This document shows positions 18,958 through 22,673 of a DNA stretch of 22,673 bases, piece after piece. The position numbers and the translations under genes were made by a program. Within the stretch, counting starts at the first letter, position 1. The number at the start of each line of letters is the position of its first letter. The notes beneath the pieces were generated by a model. It was not told the DNA's origin and made no database searches. It saw nothing but the letters and a program-made list of their open reading frames with translations. The stretch spans positions 1 through 22,673 of the forward strand of contig NW_021836794.1 in NCBI RefSeq assembly GCF_006345805.1, given 5' to 3'. This DNA is from Octopus sinensis. Its lineage: Eukaryota.

Positions 18958-21900
18958 TGTTCTTTATTAGCCACATAGGGCTGCACACAGATAGAACAAA
19001 TTACAAGGTAGAGCTTTTCTTTTGGGGTAAAAAAAGGAGAGTGGTGGTTTTCGATCAAAAGGGATCGTAAAAGGAAAGAAAAGGACAAAAAAAAGGGGAG
19101 GGTTAAAAAAAGGGGGGGAGAAAAAAAATGAATAATAGGGATCGTTATCACAGAAATGTCAATATGAAGTGTAAAGGGGAGGACAGGTGAGGTTTACCCG
19201 TGGAAAGAAAAGCCTACGGAAAAGACCACGGTAACCTCGGTCAATGAAGTCACATGTTATATTTCTTTTTTTTTTTTTTTTTTGCAAATAAGCAACTCTC
19301 TGTATTAATTTTTATGGTTCATAGAATCATAGTCAAGTGGCTTCGTCATTCATACGTGCCATCCTTCCTACATTCACCCATCTTTTTTTAAAACATTCAC
19401 TAGACAAAACTTGCCTCTCTTCTCTCACTTTCCTCTTCAAGTGATACTTGAAGAAGTTGATGAGAGATTGACCAGAGAGGAAAGTGTTTGTCTCCAATCC
19501 TTTCAGGCGCGTCCACCAGATACATTCTTTCGCCATAGCCACAAGTATGATAAAATTAGCTCTTCCTTCCCGTTTGAAAGAAGGAGGCGTGACGATATTA
19601 ACGATAGACTCGGCTGATAAACCGACACGTCCCACACGTGACAGCAGTCGTTCGACATAAGCCCACAGGTCGGAAATTGCTGGACACTGCACGATTGCGT
19701 GCAGAGCGGTTTCGTCGCTCTGCCCGCATCTCGGGCAGGTCGGCCCCGTGTTTCTCGAGCCATGCCTATAGAGCTTATCCCGAACGGGTAGCGCTTCTCG
19801 GTAGCACCGCCAGGCCAGGGATCTCTGGAAGTTGTCCATAGGTCCCGGCCGAAAGTCGTTTGAAACAGGCGGGTCAGGTATTCCCTCGACGCCCAGGTTG
19901 CCCCGAGCTCGTCGTCCTACTCCTCCACTAATCCCCTATAGAATGCTTTGGTTGTGTTGAAGTCACTCAAGGTCGACCCGGGACGGCAGAGTTGCTTGAG
20001 AGCAACGCGACACTCGCGGTGCCATTCGCCCTTCCTCGGCCTCTTTTGATCCACGACTGTAGTTCGGTCATGGAGACGAGTTGCGGGAATGCGTGCCTCA
20101 CAAACGGCGACCACACCTGTTCACCGTCGTCTACATAGAGCCGGGGATGTCACAGTCTCAGCGCGTGTCTGCGCATCATCAACCACGGCATGCCCAGCCC
20201 TCCTTTTAACGGGTGTTGACAGCAAATGGATCGCCTGACCATCGGGACGCATCCTTTCCACAAGAAGCGGAAGAGGATGCGTTCTAGTTTGGTGATGGTA
20301 GGGTCGGGACAAGGTACGACTGTCAGGCGGTAGTAGATGATGGACGCGATGTACGCGTTCACCACCTCCGCCCGACCTTTTAGGGACAGTTTCCTCTCGG
20401 CCCATTGCTGGGCGAGAGTGACCACCCTACTCGTTATCTCGTTCCAGTTCTTCTCCATTTGGAGGTCCGGACCGAACCAGACCCCGAGCAACTCAACCGG
20501 GCCGTCTGTCCAGCGTCCCACGACGGAGGTACTGGTGGACGGCATGGGCTTGCTTCTCCAGGTGCCGAGCCACAAGCCCTGACTTTTCCCGGTTAATTTT
20601 TGCTCCTGTCACCGCTTCGTAGTCTTTCAGTGTCTCGCCGACCCGCTCGATGTGCTCGTGGCTTGACACTATGACGGTGACGTCGTCCGCGTATGCAGAC
20701 ACGCTCGTCCCGCATCCCAATTCTCGCGGGATGCCCCTTAGAGTCGCCAGCTTCCGCAGTAGTGGCTCAAGAGTCAATACGTATAGAAGCGCCGAGAGGG
20801 GGCATCCCTGACGGACCGAACGTGCAATGTCGAAAGGTCTCGATAGATGTCCATTTACGCGAATTACCGAACGGATGCTCTGTACAAGGCAGCTATCCAG
20901 CCGCGGAAAACGGGACCGAAACCAGCCGCTCTCAGGACTGCCTCCAAGTATCGATGGTCTACCCTATCAAAGGCTTTCGATTGATCCAAGTTGATCAGGG
21001 CCCCACCCATGCCAGGTTCGTTAACTACCCCTGTCTATGATGTAGCGCATCAGATGGAGGTTGTCATGGATGCTCCGGCCCGGCACGGCGCATGTTTGTG
21101 CGTTGTCGACCAGTTTCTCGATGACAAGCGCCAACCTCTTGGCTAACACCTTTGTCAAAATTTTCAGGTCTGCATTGAGCAGCGTGATTGGTCTAAAGTT
21201 ATCTATAATGTTTCCCTTGTTTGGATCTTTCTTCAGCAGAGTTACAGCTCCTCGACTCACAAAACCGGGTATGCTCCCGTTTTGCTGCCAGTTGTAGTAT
21301 ACCGCTGCCAAGACGTCTTCAAACAAGTCTGGCATACAATTGTAAAACTCGTAGGGTAGACCATCCAAACCCGGTGATTTGTCCCTCGAGCATTCTGCTA
21401 TCGCTTCCTGCACTTCCGCCGCCGTGATGGCACCTTCGCAGCACCCTGCCTTTCTTGTCGAGAGTCGTGGCAGGCTATGTAGGTAGGCACTGAAGTCCAC
21501 CCTACGTTCTTGCCATCCACTCGTTCCGAACAGTCGGGCAAAATGCTGCTGAAAGGCCTCACACATTTTACTTGGCTCGAGCAATTCGCGCCCCTGTTCA
21601 TCTACCAGTGACCGAATGGTGGCTTTGTTGCCCTGTTGCGCCTCTGCCACCCGGGCCTCTCTCGCGGCTCCAACACCTTCGTTCCTTAGAGCACGCATCC
21701 TAGCTCTGACAGCACATCCTTCGTGTTTGGCGTTGAAGTGTTGGTCGAGGGCCAACCTCGCCGCCAAAACGTCGGATGCGATGCCGCTTCTAATTGCCTC
21801 TTCTAGCTTCTTAACTAGCTCACCCTCTACTCTATTTCTATCTATGGCTAGTGCTTTGCTGTACCTAATCGCTTCTGCTTTTACTGCTCTCTTGAGGGCA

Positions 21901-22275
21901 AACCACCATTTGTTGTTGATGATGGCTCCCGTCAAAGCCCTCTTTACTTGTGTGCTAATCCGGTCTCTGAAAACTTGTCTGGACGGGAATGAGGCGTTCA
22001 GTTTCCAGTACCCAGGACCCTGTCTATGTGCCTTATCTAAGTCTAGCGTACACGTCACCAATTTGTGATCCGTGTAGCTGACTGTGTGGAATTGTGGACA
22101 TCCTAAGTTATCCTTGTCTACTGTCCTACACAGTATCTTATCTAGATACGATCTCGACGACCCACTGCGGTTGCTCCATGTCCACGTTGGTGCATTTGGG
22201 TGGTCGAGTCGGTACCTGTCAGACAGTTGGAATCGTCTGAGCAGGTCTCTGAGGCATTTGCATCCCCTTCTGTTT
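18958..22275 (-). mobile_element. Tx1/L1-clade non-LTR retrotransposon, 5'-truncated within APE, flanked by (GATA)n on both sides
   Basis: Motifs TWTWSN..SYLDKI..TDH, GPGYWKLN, KSPGLDGLPYEFY, FRPITLLNADLKILTKVLAKRL, LDQSKAFDRVDH, VRQGCPLS, YADD, LSLKGRAEVVN and GGLGMP. C-X2-C-X8-H-X4-C knuckle at 19684-19737. Stop at 19333; AATAAA at 18963-68 (minus strand). Confidence 0.92.
19333..22275 (-). pseudogene. Tx1/L1 ORF2 remnant (partial APE, RT, CCHC)
   Basis: Reassembled from ORF-track pieces 21021-22286, 20493-20777, 20150-20575, 19917-20114 and 19333-19839. Frameshifts lie near 21030, ~20885 and ~20580, a stop at 20150-52, and further breaks downstream. Confidence 0.88.
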
Positions 22276-22299
22276 GATAGATACATAGATAGATAGATT

Positions 22300-22361
<62 letters not shown>

Positions 22362-22370
22362 CAGATAGAC

Positions 22371-22428
<58 letters not shown>
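22276..22428. repeat. (GATA)n microsatellite
   Basis: Direct reading; same orientation as 18008-18948. Confidence 0.97.
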
Positions 22429-22673
22429 CACAGAATACAATCTACAGATTGTTCTGCTTATAATTCAATTCCTAATTCATCCAGACATATCCAAAAATTA
22501 TGGTTCTATGAAAGATACACAGGATCGAACTCCGATCTCAGATTTTAAAAATATTTAAAAAAAATTTGTCTTTTCACATTATTTGAAGAATTTTTCACTT
22601 ACTGCTATGACTGCCAAACCATCTTTTGGTTTTTTGGTACGTGTGAAATATTGGTTCAATTCCTTGGCCACAT

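Overview
This window is eukaryotic, AT-rich, repeat-dominated DNA with no host protein-coding exon that I can recognise. The SINE and repeat families look like those of octopus (cephalopod); that assignment is from recall and was not checked against a database. It contains: (i) four decayed non-LTR retrotransposons on the minus strand, namely a near-complete CR1-group ORF2 (3031-6026), two CR1-like 3' fragments and a Tx1/L1-clade ORF2 (18958-22275) flanked on both sides by (GATA)n; (ii) an RTE 3' end on the plus strand; (iii) clusters of SINEs, some with tRNA-derived heads; (iv) four tandem arrays built from TE pieces (periods about 234, 120, 258/141 and 94 bp); and (v) long microsatellites. 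The main unannotated signal is three unrelated small non-coding repeats, each carrying a type I hammerhead-ribozyme-like motif with a palindromic stem III. Each has a different version of the core 3:8 base pair. C3:G8 occurs in two inverted copies (16590-16669 and 17262-17341) with a compensatory change in stem III. U3:A8 occurs at 9020-9075. A putative G3:C8 swap occurs in the 234-bp repeat (best copy 9668-9718) with a compensatory change in stem II. Their tandem and fold-back layout fits Penelope-like pLTRs or retrozymes. All RNA structures were folded by eye and none has been tested for activity.
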